From assembly GCA_036172245.1 (NCBI GenBank), contig JAYWIR010000010.1, positions 4,526,001 through 4,590,000 of the forward strand: a stretch of 64,000 bases of DNA, in the 5' to 3' direction. Each line of letters opens with the position of its first letter. The first letter of the stretch is position 1. Positions 63,483 through 64,000 of this stretch are shown in pieces. This stretch comes from Raillietiella orientalis. Taxonomy: Eukaryota. The position numbers were made by a program, and so were the translations under genes. The notes beneath the pieces were generated by a model. The model was not told where the DNA came from. It saw only the letters and a program-made list of their open reading frames with translations, and did no database searches.

Positions 63483-63657
63483 TGCAATGCGGCTTCCATC
63501 AGTGCCGCATCCAAATAGGCCAACCAGCGTCATCTTGAGGAAGGGGAGGGGGATTCGAAACCAGCTGCGCACCCGCCACTCTCGGGCGTGGGGATTCGAA
63601 CCCGCGACGCTCAGTGTCTCGCGCGAAGGCCGCAGCAGCCACGCGGCCGCCAGCGCG
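63483..63657 (-). mobile_element. tRNA-derived SINE copy
   Basis: Reverse strand reads gctggcggccgcgtggct...gagcgtcgcgGGTTCGAATCCCcac...caagatgacgctggttgg...ggcactgatggaagccg, homologous to 49560-49730. Confidence 0.7.
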
Positions 63658-63962
63658 GACTCTCGGAAGACCGGCGTTCCGCTCCTCGGATCCGATTGCG
63701 GGTATGTCTGGAAGAATCCCCCGTGCGCTTCCCACCTGCCGACGGGAATGTAGCGCGGCCGGCGAGCTGCTGGCACGGGTGCTGTGTTCCCGGAACCTGA
63801 GGTTCTCTCTGAACTTTCGCTTCCGCCTTCGCAGCATCTGGCTGGAGGACGGGACAGCTGCGGACCCGCCGGAGAGATCAGCCGCCAGGAACAGCGGGTA
63901 TTCTTCCTCACCCTCTTGGGCTCTGACGCTCCTAACTTCCTCGAGCCACCGCGTTTCCTTAC

Positions 63963-64000
63963 CTCCGGGGCTTTGGCTCGCGAGGGCGCAGGGAGCAGAT
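63963..64000 (-). other. possible 3' end of an upstream (5'UTR) exon
   Basis: Consensus donor GAG|gtaagg at 63962. Candidate acceptors upstream of the ATG are ttcccag| (exon from 62167) and gcttagcag| (exon from 61836). Based on splice motifs only. Confidence 0.3.

Noticed and set aside
63585..63657. tRNA gene call for GGTTCGAATCCC-containing segments
   Set aside because: I could not build a convincing cloverleaf, and the shared non-tRNA tails indicate SINEs.
8697..63736. Scattered Su(H)-like GTGGGAA motifs
   Set aside because: The number seen is close to what a 7-mer gives by chance in 64 kb, and there is no clear cluster.
62584..63911. Several overlapping 200-300 aa ORFs on both strands
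   Set aside because: Very GC-rich, Arg/Pro/Ala/Gly-biased, crossing homopolymers and a SINE, with no domain motifs.
1..64000. CRISPR array, rRNA or prokaryotic operon
   Set aside because: No regular repeat-spacer array or rRNA motifs; spliceosomal introns and microsatellites show the DNA is eukaryotic.

Overview
This is GC- and CpG-rich eukaryotic DNA, most likely from an arthropod. It is dominated by one large minus-strand gene that the ORF track shows only in fragments: a vein/neuregulin-like EGFR ligand. I assembled five coding exons by hand, all with canonical GT-AG boundaries and consistent phases: 61709-61124, 27683-27521, 20909-20683, 20165-20060 and 11526-11468. Together they encode about 380 aa: signal peptide, agrin-NtA-like domain, a very basic I-set Ig domain, a linker, and an EGF domain (CPINSYCFHGGTCLYFQSVGELVCQCTEGFRGQRCE). 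No transmembrane exon was found and the 3' end is unresolved. The introns (33.4, 6.6, 0.5 and 8.5 kb) are filled with heavily decayed transposon relics (BEL/Pao and Ty3/gypsy pol, L1/Tx1-like and I-like LINEs, possibly piggyBac), a tRNA-derived SINE family, an unclassified ~400-bp dispersed repeat, and microsatellites. The most notable details are a uORF whose stop overlaps the main start codon (AUGA), in-frame stops right after both EGF-exon donors, and a furin-type site created at an exon junction. All calls come from reading motifs by eye; no database searches were run. I found no convincing wholly new system.
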